DNA of 46,086 nt from Cirrosporium novae-zelandiae (Eukaryota): contig JAPETS010000079.1 of assembly GCA_026023565.1 (NCBI GenBank), positions 1 through 46,086 on the forward strand, given 5' to 3'. Of this stretch, positions 23,269 to 35,500 are shown piece after piece (within the stretch, counting starts at the first letter, position 1; every line of letters begins with the position of its first letter). The notes beneath the pieces are model-generated. The model had not been told where the DNA came from. It was given only the letters and a program-made list of their open reading frames with translations, and did not search any database. Both the position numbers and the translations under genes were made by a program.

Positions 23269-25373
23269 TTATAATTTCCCTCCTTCTTTTCTTTTGTTCT
23301 GCCGCTCCTTGTCCTTTAGAATCCTTCTCAGAATTTTCCCGCTAGCAGATTTTGGAATCACATCCACAAACTCAATTTCTTTGACCCATTTATGGCGAGC
23401 CTTGTGGTCCTGAACATGTTTCATTATATTCCGTTTTAGTAGCATTTCATTTTCTTCAAGACCAACGGAAGTAGATTTGACAATGAAAGCTTTGGGGACT
23501 TCGCCCGCCGTATCAGAGTGGATGGGAATGACAGCACAATCAGAAACCGACGGATGGGTTAGGATCTGAGCTTCTAATTCTGCGGGGGGAACTTGCATCC
23601 CCTGAAATAGAAACAAACAACGGTTAGCGAATTGCTTGCGTCATGCCATGTAGAAAGCTGGTCCGTGCAATATAATCGGCTGTAAAGCGTGCATGGTTTT
23701 ATATGCAGGTTTGCTTGCACGTACCTTTACTTTGATCAACTCCTTAATCCTATCCACAATAAAGAGATGTTCATGCCCATTGGGACCTTTCTTTATCACC
23801 ACTTCATCACCGGTACGCATCCATCCATCTTGGAAAGTTTCCCGATTGGCTTCATCATCATGAAGGTATCCCAATACCACACTTGGCGATTGAACCAAGA
23901 GTTCCCCTGGTTGATCGTACCCCGTAATTTCTACACCTTCGAGAGAGACAAGACGTGCAAAGCATGAGGGCATCAGAGATCCAGAGGAGCCGAGCCAGAC
24001 GTCCGTCGGAGAAGTACTGCAAACAACGGTAGAGGTTTCAGTAAGACCATACGCTTGGAGAATAGTCCACTTGGGATACTGAGCTTGTACAACTTCTGCA
24101 GTTTCTTTACCTAAAGGAGCGGCGCCAGTGTAGAGGGATCTAACGGAACTGAGATTGTATTGATCCAGAAGCTTTTTATTCTTAACCATTTGGATTACCA
24201 TGGGTGGTACCTGGTTGATATTAGATTATCCTTACCCAGAAAAGTTAGGGATGGGGGAGAAAATGCGTACAATATATAGCATATTGATTTTAAATCTTTG
24301 GATTGCCTCGAGGTAGCTCTTCATTTCGAATTTGGGGAGAACAATGATTTGGTCCCCCCGATAAGGTGCTAAATGACACATCACAACAAGACTGTAGATA
24401 TGGCTTTGCGGAAGGAGCCCGAGGACCGTTTCTATATAGTCGCTCTCAGTTCCGGGCTGTCGTAATGTGTTCCTATAGTCCCGTTCATAGGCCTTCATTT
24501 GTAGAACGTTGGCGAGAACGTTGCGATGGGATATCATTACTCCTTTCTACACCATTCAAATATACATGTCAGTGTTCTCTGCTTTCTGGTCAAGGGGAGC
24601 ACCTTACGGGAAAGCCAGATGTACCACTGGAATAACACAAGAAAGCTACCTGACGTGCTCCTTGCCCCCGGGTCCATTTCAAACTTTCGAGACGGGGCAA
24701 ATCCTCTCCTTCCTTGATGAGCTGATTGACAGTTTTGAAGCCGTGTGGTGATTGTTTGCCATCGAGAAATTCCAAAGGAAGATCCAGAAGATACACACGA
24801 TCCTTTGGAATCCCTACCTTCGACGCTGCTTCCAGGGCAGTGCCGAGTAGAGGCAGGCAAGTGAATACAACCTTGGAGCCTGAATCCTTCAACTGGAATG
24901 AGAGTTCGGAGACAGAATAGGCTGCATTCACTGGGGAGCAAATCCCATTAAGTCGATGAGTCGCCCATGCAAGCGCCAAGGTATCAACCTGGAGTCACAC
25001 CCCATCCTCATCAGTCAGAAAATTTCTTCATGTCTTCTTCATTCCCACTTTCTACTTCAACATGACTCCACACGTTTCACACATCCAAACATACCGTGTT
25101 CAAGGCATATACCCCAACCACCTTATCCCATTCTGTTCCTTTGTTGGGCATCCATCCAAACTCCTTACTCAAGGCTCTTGCCAGATAATCTACACGTTCA
25201 CGCAACTCCAGTGCTGAGTATTCTCGTCCTGAAAGACCGCAAGTGAAAGGTGAACGTGAATACCCCAGTGGATACCTGCCATAGATCTCATTAAACATGA
25301 AATCACACAATGGAACGGTATCAGGAGGATCATCTTCTAGCTGAGGGACCCAGTCTGGAGGATAGAAGACCAT
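23269..25373 (-). CDS. 4-coumarate/phenylacetyl-CoA ligase-like AMP-binding enzyme (about 584 aa). Exons 25373-25095, 24988-24608, 24546-24271, 24210-23725, 23601-23269
   Basis: YSSGTSGFP|KGVMISHRN, LPQSHIY, QAYGLTET, GWMRTGD, IVDRIKELIKVK|GMQVPPAELE, PKSASGKILRR. Four canonical introns; C-terminal GKL. Confidence 0.93.
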
Positions 25374-25473
25374 GGCAAGTATCTCAGGTACGTGTTGAGG
25401 TGTTCCTATGATTTGATTAGAAGTGAGGCTAATACTCTCAGTCCTTGATGGGACTACAGCTTGTTTCCAGACC

Positions 25474-25550
25474 TAAACTAGATCCAAACTGGATACAAAC
25501 TGGATACAAACTGGACACAAACTGGACTCAAACTGGACATAAACTGATCT
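25474..25550. repeat. 11-bp tandem repeat (CAAACTGGAYA) x7 upstream of the CoA ligase
   Basis: taaactagatc caaactggata caaactggata caaactggaca caaactggact caaactggaca taaactgatct. Confidence 0.92.
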
Positions 25551-28500
25551 TCAGTGACTGCAAGATTCCAAGAGGTTTCAAATCAGAAAAGGACAATAGT
25601 CTCCAGTATTTAAAGAATCAGAGCTGCAGCCAGAATACTGTGCATGATAAACTAAAGACAGCACTACTGCACATAGCCGAATGTTGGTAAGCTCGTTCCC
25701 GTTCACCTCTTGCCCAAGGCTAGACAGACACATAATAACACAAATGACAGGATATCCTTTCGGTAATTAAAATTGCAATTGGACCTTGAGCTCTAAATGC
25801 GGGGAAGCCAGTGGATCAAGTGGATCTAGGTACTCGAGTATTGCTGTTGTCAAGAAAGCCGAAGCTATTATCACACCCCAATTGCATTTCTCAAAGCCGA
25901 GGTCTTTCGGTTGCTCTGAATTCTGGACTCTGAATTGAATTTTGAATGTTGGAATCATGAACAAGGTAATTAAAACAATGCCCCAGTAAACTTGTATGGT
26001 TTTCGTCCTAACCAAGGGGGTTTTAGTCATCCAGTGACGTCTGAAAAGGGATGTCATCATGTGGTCCGTGCGTGGGACTTTGCAGGCTTCCCGCATTTCA
26101 ACCTTTCATTCAGCATCCCAGGATTCACTCCCTTACTCGCTGCCTTACCATCCAAAAGAGCATCCTAAAGTATGTATCTGCTCATTACCGACTGCCAATA
26201 GACCCTGAACTTCCACTGCATATGCATTGAAAGGACTATGCATTGAATGGACCATCATCGCTTTGTGTCGTCCATATATAAAGGGCTGTGGACAATAGAA
26301 GGAACAGATATGGCCTATTCAATTTGAAGAGCTCTTCAGCACTACTCCTATCCCAACTTTCAGCTACTGAATATGGGGAACAAGCTAGGCAGGTATAATA
26401 GCTTGGAGGCAGGAAACTCGAGCTTGCAAAATGTTCCATGGGATGGACTCCAGGTAGCTCTCAGTCACTGGGGATAGTCAAAATCTTGGTCTTTTCTTGC
26501 TTGAAGACTATGTCGACTCTTTTTCTCATCATAAATTGTTCCTGTTTTCTCTTGGTACATCCCCCAGAATGCCTATATGGGTATTGGATGAAGACTCATA
26601 AAGCAACCCAACCGTCAATCTGAAACTCCACTGCTTCCTGACTCGCTCGAGCCTACTCCTCCTCGAACACGACCTTCAAGTTTTATAGATGCTGCTGTAT
26701 GGCATCTTGGGAATTCTCTTGTATTGCCAACGGGCTTGGGTTCGATTCGACACTCCGAGATAGGGATCTTTGGCTTTGCTTGCTGTCTCCGGCTTTCCAA
26801 CATCCTATCCAGTATGATATACACACAAAATATCGACAATATATATTATAGAAGAGTAGAACTCTTTGTCAATCATCAACCTCTATATAATTCCGAAAAA
26901 ATCAATAACGATATATAAAAATGTATAAAATTAACTTTTATCGACAGGCCCTCTGTGGTTATACTTAACATCTCAATACTATAAACATACTTGATTGGTA
27001 AGTGCTCACTCTCTTTCTTTGTATCTGCCCCCTCTTGCTTTCAATTCCCTCTCTTTTATTGTTTGCGTTCCGAGTCCCTTTCTCTCTGGTCCCTAAGCCC
27101 ATACGTTGTGTCGAATCATTATCAACGGCTGCCGCATCGATTGAAGCCAACTCCCGACTCGCTAGTTGAAGGAACCGAATATGGACTCTGCTCGTATGTG
27201 TACTCTGGATGCCCTCAACATCTGATTCCAACGTGCTCGGAGGCTATGTTCTATAGAAGATAACGACGCAACCTCGTGTTTTCAAGTCGTGAAAATGGGA
27301 CCTTGATCCTTGATTTACTCTTTGTTGTCAATGTTGTTGCCGACTGCCTTGATCTCTCCTAAGATCCTCAGTATCTGGATTCGGACGGACTGTTTTACCT
27401 GGCGAGACTTCTCTAGCTGAAGTAAGGTCACCTCACCTAGATACTTTGGCCGATTTTTGGATGATCTAGAGATGTCATCTACTCAGTGAATCTCAGTACT
27501 CTGGAATACTCAGAAGCCATTGTTCGCTTAACCTGATGTAGCCTCTGAATGACATCAAGGGGCATCTATCTACTATCAGTCTAAGTCAACGTCTCCTCAA
27601 ATTCACTTATAATTGACCTTGAGTACGTCGGTCCATTTCGTGCCATTAGCGCAACGATACCCTCCTCTCGCCTATATTTATTTAGTCTCTTTTGACCTCC
27701 TCCATCCTCCAACCATCCTCAACTATTTCGATAATCTTTACCAACACCATATGATCTCGGATGAGAATAACCTTCTTGCTCTGTGGTTGATCCTTTATCC
27801 AATGATTTGACTTTCTAATTGTGGTGTTGGTTTCTACGATCATATCTACTTTTTCGTGGGTCATTCGGTCAGACTCTCCTGACGTGACGGTAAAGCAAGT
27901 CAAGCTATCTGGTCCCGCTCATCTCAGGTGTCTTCAGCTTCACAAGGTTACACTTCCACACCTGAGCCAAAGACATCACCGTCTCTGCAGCTATTATATC
28001 GTAAGTCATCTCTCACCTCCCTATTTCTAGAGTGAACTTGACCCCTAATCATCATCCTCAGTTAGATCTATCTCGACTTACTTTGCCCATCTTTTCTTTG
28101 ACCGGTCCAGTGTCTTCGATTGGGTCTTCGTCATTATCCTCAGGCTATATTAACTATCAGAAAATTCAACCCTCTTTATTTCGAAGGTATGTCGATGACC
28201 CTAACCTCAGTTTGACGTTACCTCGAGTATCTCATTTTCGCGAGAGCATCTCATCTTCTCGTCGGACTTTGAATCCTAACTAATTTCTAACAGGCCCTGA
28301 CTTTAACATCGGTCGACGATTAGTCTGATACTTTCTCCTTCTACAAACCTGAACCAACAGCTTGTGCATAACATATTGCTTCTTGCTCTATGTCTTTGGC
28401 CCTGTTGTTGCATTCATAGGTCATCTCAATCTGCGCTTCTTGCCTTGCGACTTCAGTAGATCAAATCTGGCATCACCAGTCTGACTCAAAAGTTGACAAC

Positions 28501-28728
28501 ATACTCTGCAATTTACTTACGAACTGCGACACTCCGACAGTTGTTCTCGTTCCACTACCTATTCACCATTTCGAACCTATCGAACTGGATTCCTACTTTT
28601 CTTCTGCTATTCTACTACCTATATTACAGTTTTTCCTTTTGTTAATTCCTAAATTCTTTTCTTTTCTTTGACAATACAAAGTGCTAAACATTTATTCTAG
28701 TACCTACACATTTCACCTAGTGCCAACC

Positions 28729-31369
28729 ATGGCTTCCATGGTTACTGTGCGAAGGTCTGGGCGCAAAACTCGCGCTCCAGAGCGTTTGGGGGACTTTGTC
28801 GGGACGGACCCGACGTCCCTTGGTGTCGCGTGCAAGGGCACCGACACCAAATCTTTGATAATAAAGCTCAAAGTACCCAAACGCCGACAGAGCAAGAGCG
28901 AAATCCAGACAAATGTCAAGAGGCTGCGCATGAGTGATGAAGTCGGTGCCGATGATCCGACTTATCCTTCCAACGACCAGCCGTCTGGAGTTCCTTCTGG
29001 TCTTGTCCTGTCTGCTGGGCTGCACTCCCAACCCCAGCAGTTAACTGCTGCCGCTCCCCCTACCGGCATACAAAGGCCCCCATCTTTCGGTAGGCCGCCT
29101 GCCTGGGCCGAAAACAGGTATGACCTGTATGCTACTGCCCCATACTTCAAATGTGCCCAAGGTGGTGCGTACACCAATGGTGGCTATGTCCACGGCCTGC
29201 TGCTTGATGGATTCTATATCGATCGCCAATACATGGATGAGAATATCATCATAACTAAATTGTAAGTGTTGATATAATCGATTTTCTGGATTCACTCTAA
29301 CAGACATTTCTAGGGGTGGATCACAAAAGGCAGACGGGAAGGGCAACTATGAGCAAACCAAGAGCCAGAAGGAACATACCGCCAATTGCCTCAGGACGAA
29401 TAAGGCAGATCAAGCCGCAGTCGTGGTCATCATAGGTATGGTGTCTCGAATAAAGGATTCCATTAAATTGCTAATTTCAATAGGTTCAAACAACCAATTG
29501 TGCCCATCAGATCCACCGCGCAGATATTCTGTAATGGGCCATTTCCAGGTCACTGATGTTTGGGCTGAGAGGGGCTCCAAAGGTTTCACTTGCTATTATG
29601 TCCGTCTTGAGAAAGTGAATCTCGGCGATAAAAGCTGGTGGGCGCCTGAGGGATCGTCGCCTATTCCCCCACAACCGGATTTTTCTATAAAGGATGTGGA
29701 GAAGACATGCGATTTCTGCCACAATACATCTGTGCATATCTTTATCCAAGGGTGGATATGTTTGCATGAAAGGTGTAGCCGCTTTTTCACATTAGATGGG
29801 CGTAGGATCCATGATCGACTCGATTATACCCCGGAATTCCTGGCAAAAAGAACAAAATACCCAGAGGAAATCGATTTACCAATCTTGAAACCGGTCCTTG
29901 ATATCCATAGCGGAGTCTCGGATATAGCATGGCATGGCATGGTCTGCCACCTATGCGGAAAGTGCAATCCTAGGAACTGGTGGAGATATTGGGAATGCAC
30001 GAATGCTGAATGTAGTGTCGGTCGAATTGATGCAGACTTACCCATTCTCCAGGCCAGTTGGGTTCAGGACCGCATGGCAAATGGGCCAAACTCAGGAAGC
30101 GCAATCAGCCCGTCTAGGTTTGACAGCTGTATCAAAAGGCGAATTGTTGAGCTCAAAGAATACCGCAAGACCATTTACCAAATCGACGACAGGAATACCG
30201 TGACACATTTCATATTGCGAAACAATGCACCGGACAAAAAGAAAATGGCGGATGACATGTTTGTTGAGATTCAAAAATCCAGTATCAATCTGGAGCGTGC
30301 CAAGATGTCCCAAGCTAGAGGTACAGTCATGCATTTACAACATCATTGTTACTTGTACTAACCTCTACACAGTTGACGGCCAACTTCCTCGCCATTTTGC
30401 AGCAAACTATGTAAGTTCATAACTGCTTTCAGCTTGTTCCTGCTTTGACTGATATTGTTGACAGGGAAAATCCTACAAATACAGCGTCGCTACTAGCACG
30501 AGAGATGCAGACTTGGCAACTTGTCCTGAACTTATCCAAAGCAGCGTTCAGTTACTTACCGGCATTGCCCAGAATGTCGTGGGTGAAGGGTTCTTGCCCT
30601 TTAATGAATGTCTACTCGTAGGATACATGGAACAACAAAAGATGGGGGTAAGTCTATGAGATAGAAATTAACTGTTCTCAACATGTTGCTAATGTTTATT
30701 AGTATCATGATGATGGGGAGTTTGGTCTTGGCCCAACAATAGCTGCACTTTCGCTTGGTGGAGCGTGTGAGTTTCAGTTTCGTGTTAAGCACAAGTACTA
30801 CGGAGCCCCCAATACCGTTCCTACTATAGACAATGAGGAAACGGACAAGGAGGAGACGGACAATGAAACAAACAAGGAGACGAACAGGGCTATGAGGAAG
30901 AAGGTCGCGAAGGCGAAGAAGAATAAGAACAAGAATGACGCGATTAGGAAGCTAGGGAAAATAGCCATGTCCCCAGTGCCTGTTGGTGCATATAAAGCAG
31001 AGGAGCGCAAAGCACTTCAAACTCGCCATGGCCAAATAAGTCCTGCCGAATTTGCAAGTGAAGCACAAAAGCTTTATCAATCCATGCAGACCGAAAAAGC
31101 GGGCAACAAGAAGGGGGATGCCAAAGAGACAGATGTCAAAAAAGACTCGAAAGATAAGTCTCATCCAGAGCTAATCAGCATCACTCTGAGGCATGGGGAT
31201 ATGGTGGTGATGAATGGAACTGACCTACAGAAATTCTATGAGGTTGGTATTTGTATTTTTCATCTGTGATTGATTTATGAAGGCTGACAAGTTATAGCAC
31301 CAAGCCAGTGTACTAGGAAATCTTAGGTTTGCTCTGACGTGTCGATATATCGGCGACGATCACCGTTGA
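28729..31369 (+). CDS. SRA/SAD-like + Cys-rich + AlkB-like 2OG-Fe(II) dioxygenase (about 774 aa). Exons 28729-29261, 29314-29435, 29484-30320, 30373-30410, 30465-30647, 30703-31242, 31298-31369
   Basis: AlkB motifs FNECLLVGY, YHDDGE (HxD), PTIAALSLG, LRHGDMVVM, FYE|HQ (second His), RFALTCR. N-terminal PPAWAENR..YF..QGG, ITKLGG, VVVIIG, RYSVMGHFQVTDVW resemble the SRA-like fold. CxxC pairs. Six introns give a 2325-nt frame. Confidence 0.85.
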
Positions 31370-32591
31370 GGAGGTTTGCAAAGTCGATCAAAGGAGGTAC
31401 TCTCTTCGGTTGGTGGTTTGTTTTCCAAAATACCCTGCGTTTGATACGTGACTTTTTCACGGTTGCTTTATGTTATTCTGGGTTTAGTTTTTTGATTTTT
31501 CTTTGTTGCAATGAAGAGCGGCATAAAAGGCGATATGACGGGAATGCTACGTGCGACGAGACAACGATTTAGCTGATGGATCTTTTGGTGTAGATCTTGG
31601 TTGGCTCGCAACGTTGAACGGGCTCCAATTTCTGACAATTTTCATTTGATTTAAATTGTGCTTTGTAAATCGTCGGCAACCATTAGGGTTTGTGCCATTT
31701 GCAAAGAGGGTTAGTTTAAATAAGATTTGTTTCCGAAATGTGTCTACAACTGAGTTAATGAGGTTACTAACTACCCAAAGTACTTCTGACAAGAAGGGAG
31801 GATCTGCAGCCTGTCCTCGAAATAGCTTCCAGCTGAAGTTTCTTCGGTAATCGGGATGTTGTAACCAAAAGAGTCAGAGAGGAATGGTATTAATAGAATT
31901 TCACACTCCCTATTGTTTTGTTTCAAAAGGTGTCGTAAGTAATAAGGTAATTAGTCAGATTGGGGGGATATTAATTAAAAGATTTTTGAAGATTTGTTGG
32001 ATGATGGATGATGGACGGTGGATTGTGGGATTGTGGATTTTACATTGTGGATTGCTCATTTGGACACATCAGGTGAAAAGTCGTAAAGTGCCAAGAACCA
32101 AGAATTCACGGCCTTTGTTGATTTCCCGAGTTAAGGATTTCATTTTCAGCCTTGCCAATCAATGTCAGAGAGCAGAAAAAAAAAGAGAGAGAGAAAGAGA
32201 AAAAGAAGGTTAGATACAGTACAGTACGAGTACGAGGAATTCATCCCCACCCAGGCTCACTCGCTCAGTCCATCGGTAGCAGTTAAACTCCCCAAACTCC
32301 CCAAACTCCGCCCAACTGCCCCCCCAACTACCCAGCGCCTCATGTCCTCATACCTCATGGCCTCATAACCTTCATACTATAACCCTCATGTGAAGTCATC
32401 AGTTTGTTCCAAAGACCAAACGACCACCCCCCCCCCCTCCCCAAAGGATCCCACATGAAGTTGCCTTGCTTCTCTCACAGCGTTAAAGTATGATGACACT
32501 TTCCCTCGTTTATCCATTCAACATTTCCTCCTAAATCACCATCTCGAGTCTTCTCTCTCCGCTCTCGCGATCCTAGAATCTTCTCGACGGC

Positions 32592-35500
32592 ATGTCTTAC
32601 TACCCGAACGGTCCAGCTTATCGATCCTATTCATACAATAATATCGCCTCTCAAGCGTCGCAATCGGGTCCTCATGGTGGTTATGCGTCACAGGAAGCTG
32701 CTCCAAATATTGAAAGATCGCCCAGCTTCAATGCCGGTGACGATGGATCGCTCTTTAATGTCGCTAACGGCGATCTTCATCTGAGCTCAAGACAATCTGG
32801 CGCAAGCAGAAATAGACAAGCATATGGGTCGAGGCGAAATGCAAATAATCCATCTTCTCACCCTGATGAATTCTATGTAGGTGGACAAAGTCCATCCTTG
32901 CCAACTCAAGCCGCTTCCTACGCATCTAATCCGTCCGGCTACCAACATACATACCCACCACAATCTCCTCGAGCTTATAACCCACAAGAATATGCACCAA
33001 CTCAGTCGCAATACAATCAGACATCGTATGGTAGTGCTCCCTCTGGCTATACTTCTAGCTCTGGTCTTCAGCCTTACGTACCAGCCGCATATTCTGCTTC
33101 GGGTCAACGTCGACAGTCAATATACACAAATCAAACATATAATTCACCCCCAAACGCTTATGGCGCATCTATTCCCTATCCATCCAGCGGCCCTTTATCT
33201 CCTTCCCTCCAGAGTCAAAATGAGCATTCTTATACGGATAACAGGACCCCGCGATACCCCGACTATCAATCAGACCCCCAAGACCAATACTCAGCTTTTC
33301 CTCGACCACCCAGCTCTGTTCCTTCTCTCCCCGTTGCTTCTCGCCCAACCGGCTATACATCTTCTGTTCCCTATTCGCTGCCATATACTCCTTCACGAAG
33401 CTCCTTTTCTTCCAACGATCCCAGGAGAAGTCCATCGAGGTCACATTCAAACAGTTTAATCCATCAGCCTTATTCGCACATATCTAGTATTGAGCAGTCA
33501 ACTCCATATCCAGTAGATGATGACAACGGATCTTACTCGTCGACTCGAGTAGACTCATATGACAACGGACCTTACTCGTCGACACTAGTAGACCCACATG
33601 CCTCCGGTTCTCTTTCGACATATGGAAATCCATTACCACCAACTCCTGGGCCGCCACCCCCGCTACACGGTAGACCAGATAGTGCTGCTCGGCATCCACA
33701 ATCGCGTCCTCTTCCAGGCCCACCGGAAGACTCTGGGTCAAATATGAGTTATAATGATGAACCAACCACAAGCTTTGAGGATGTTATGAAGCAAATTGAT
33801 GAGACTTTGATGACGACGCGACCAAGTACAGGGTCCATCAGAAGAAGTCCGCGAGGTGTGCGTGGCGACAGAATAAACTATCAACCTCCAATTTCGGAGG
33901 TTGAGGAGACAGAGCCACAACGGCGCACCATGCCGCAAGCATCACTTTCGCCTGATGAGACGTATACACACACGGGTTATTTTAGCACTGGAAATTCATA
34001 CATTAATTACAATGCTTACAGTGATGCCAGCGATGCCGAAGCTGAAGCAGGGGTGGAGATGCTACGGCAGGAAGAAGAACGAGAAAAGGCCGATAATGAG
34101 CGAAGGCGAGCTGGCAGTTCTTCATTTCAAAGTAGTCATGGGTCGCAACGTCACAGCGAACACCTTGAACCGTCAGAAAACAACTCCGAGCCTGACGATT
34201 ACGTTGGGTTTGATATGTCCTTGTATGAAGGTGGACCTGAGACAAACGTCCATTACGGAGATTCGCTTGATGATTCCCCCGACCCTGATCAGCTGGGCAG
34301 GCCGCTCCCCATGCCAACACCGTATGAAGGCGAGGACAATGAAGATAGGTACGATATTGCTTTTGGCGACAATAATGTTCCATATTCCTTCCCGAGGACA
34401 GACACTGGTGGAACGGGTGGTCTCTCCGAGCCGGGGCCCAACGGTCGCAACAAGACTTACGATGAAGCAGATGATGCTACATTGGCCGAGGAAGGGGATG
34501 ACAATACCTTGGCCGAGTCTGATCCAGATAGAAAATCTGGGAGCTTCGTACCGGCAAATGAAGATTATCAGAGTTTATTTTATCATCCTGAAAAGCGACC
34601 CCTCCCTCCGGCTCCCAGTGAGAGGGGCAAGACTCTTCCGCCAATACCACCTGGAGCTTATCAGGAAAGTGCTCGGCCGTTGACCATTGATCCATCTGCT
34701 AGAGCTTCAAATTACTATGCAGGCCCCGATGCATATGGCGCAGAACTTTTGGCCCCCCCGGTTCCGCGTTCGTCCTCATTGTCTAGCCACAGTAGTACAC
34801 CCCAAGTCCAACAGCCCATTCGCTCCAAGACCGATGCAGAGGAGCGTCGCAAAGCAGCCATGATGCGGCCGCAGAAATATCTTTCCGAGGGTTCAACGCC
34901 TCAGAGCGCCGTAACCGTAGATATGCTACCTACCATTCGAAAAGAATTCGTTGCCGCTAAGCTTTCGAGTTCGGACTTTAAAAAGTGCACCGAACCATGG
35001 GCTTTGAGCGCTATTGTAGCTTGGATCAAGCAAATGTGTAAAGATGAGACGGATTTGAAGGAACAGGCCATGGTTGACGGAATTGTCGCTCTTTTCACCC
35101 ACAAAGTGCCCACCATGAACACGGCGGATGCCGAAACCCTTGGAGCTCGTGTTGTTCAAAATATGTTCAAAGCGGGAACATTGGTCAAGGATGAAGAGTG
35201 GGTGAAGTTTGGAAATGCTCCCATGTCTGGCGTGATATATCAGATTACAGGTACCGGCTGCTATTCTCCGAAGCTCCATGTCCACTCTGCCCCGGGAAGA
35301 TGCTACTCGCATCATTGTATGCGAACGTTAAAGAAGATAAACCTTCACACCCACACAATGGCGTCCCAAAAGAAGTCGGAAGACTGGGTGACCTTTTACA
35401 AGCTCAAGAAGGAAGACCTGGAGGGCCACAACAAGAAGGAGGTTAGCCGGCAACATAATCTACACGAAATAATAACAACCGAGGATGGTTATATCGAGCA

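Noticed and set aside
25474..25550. Possible CRISPR-like array
   Set aside because: Contiguous 11-bp tandem units with no spacers, in a eukaryote.
25767..26918. Several 60-110 aa ORFs on both strands
   Set aside because: No recognisable motifs or consistent exon chain.
20600..31900. Starship or transposon interpretation of the repeat-poor island
   Set aside because: No tyrosine recombinase, transposase, RT or terminal repeats visible in the window.
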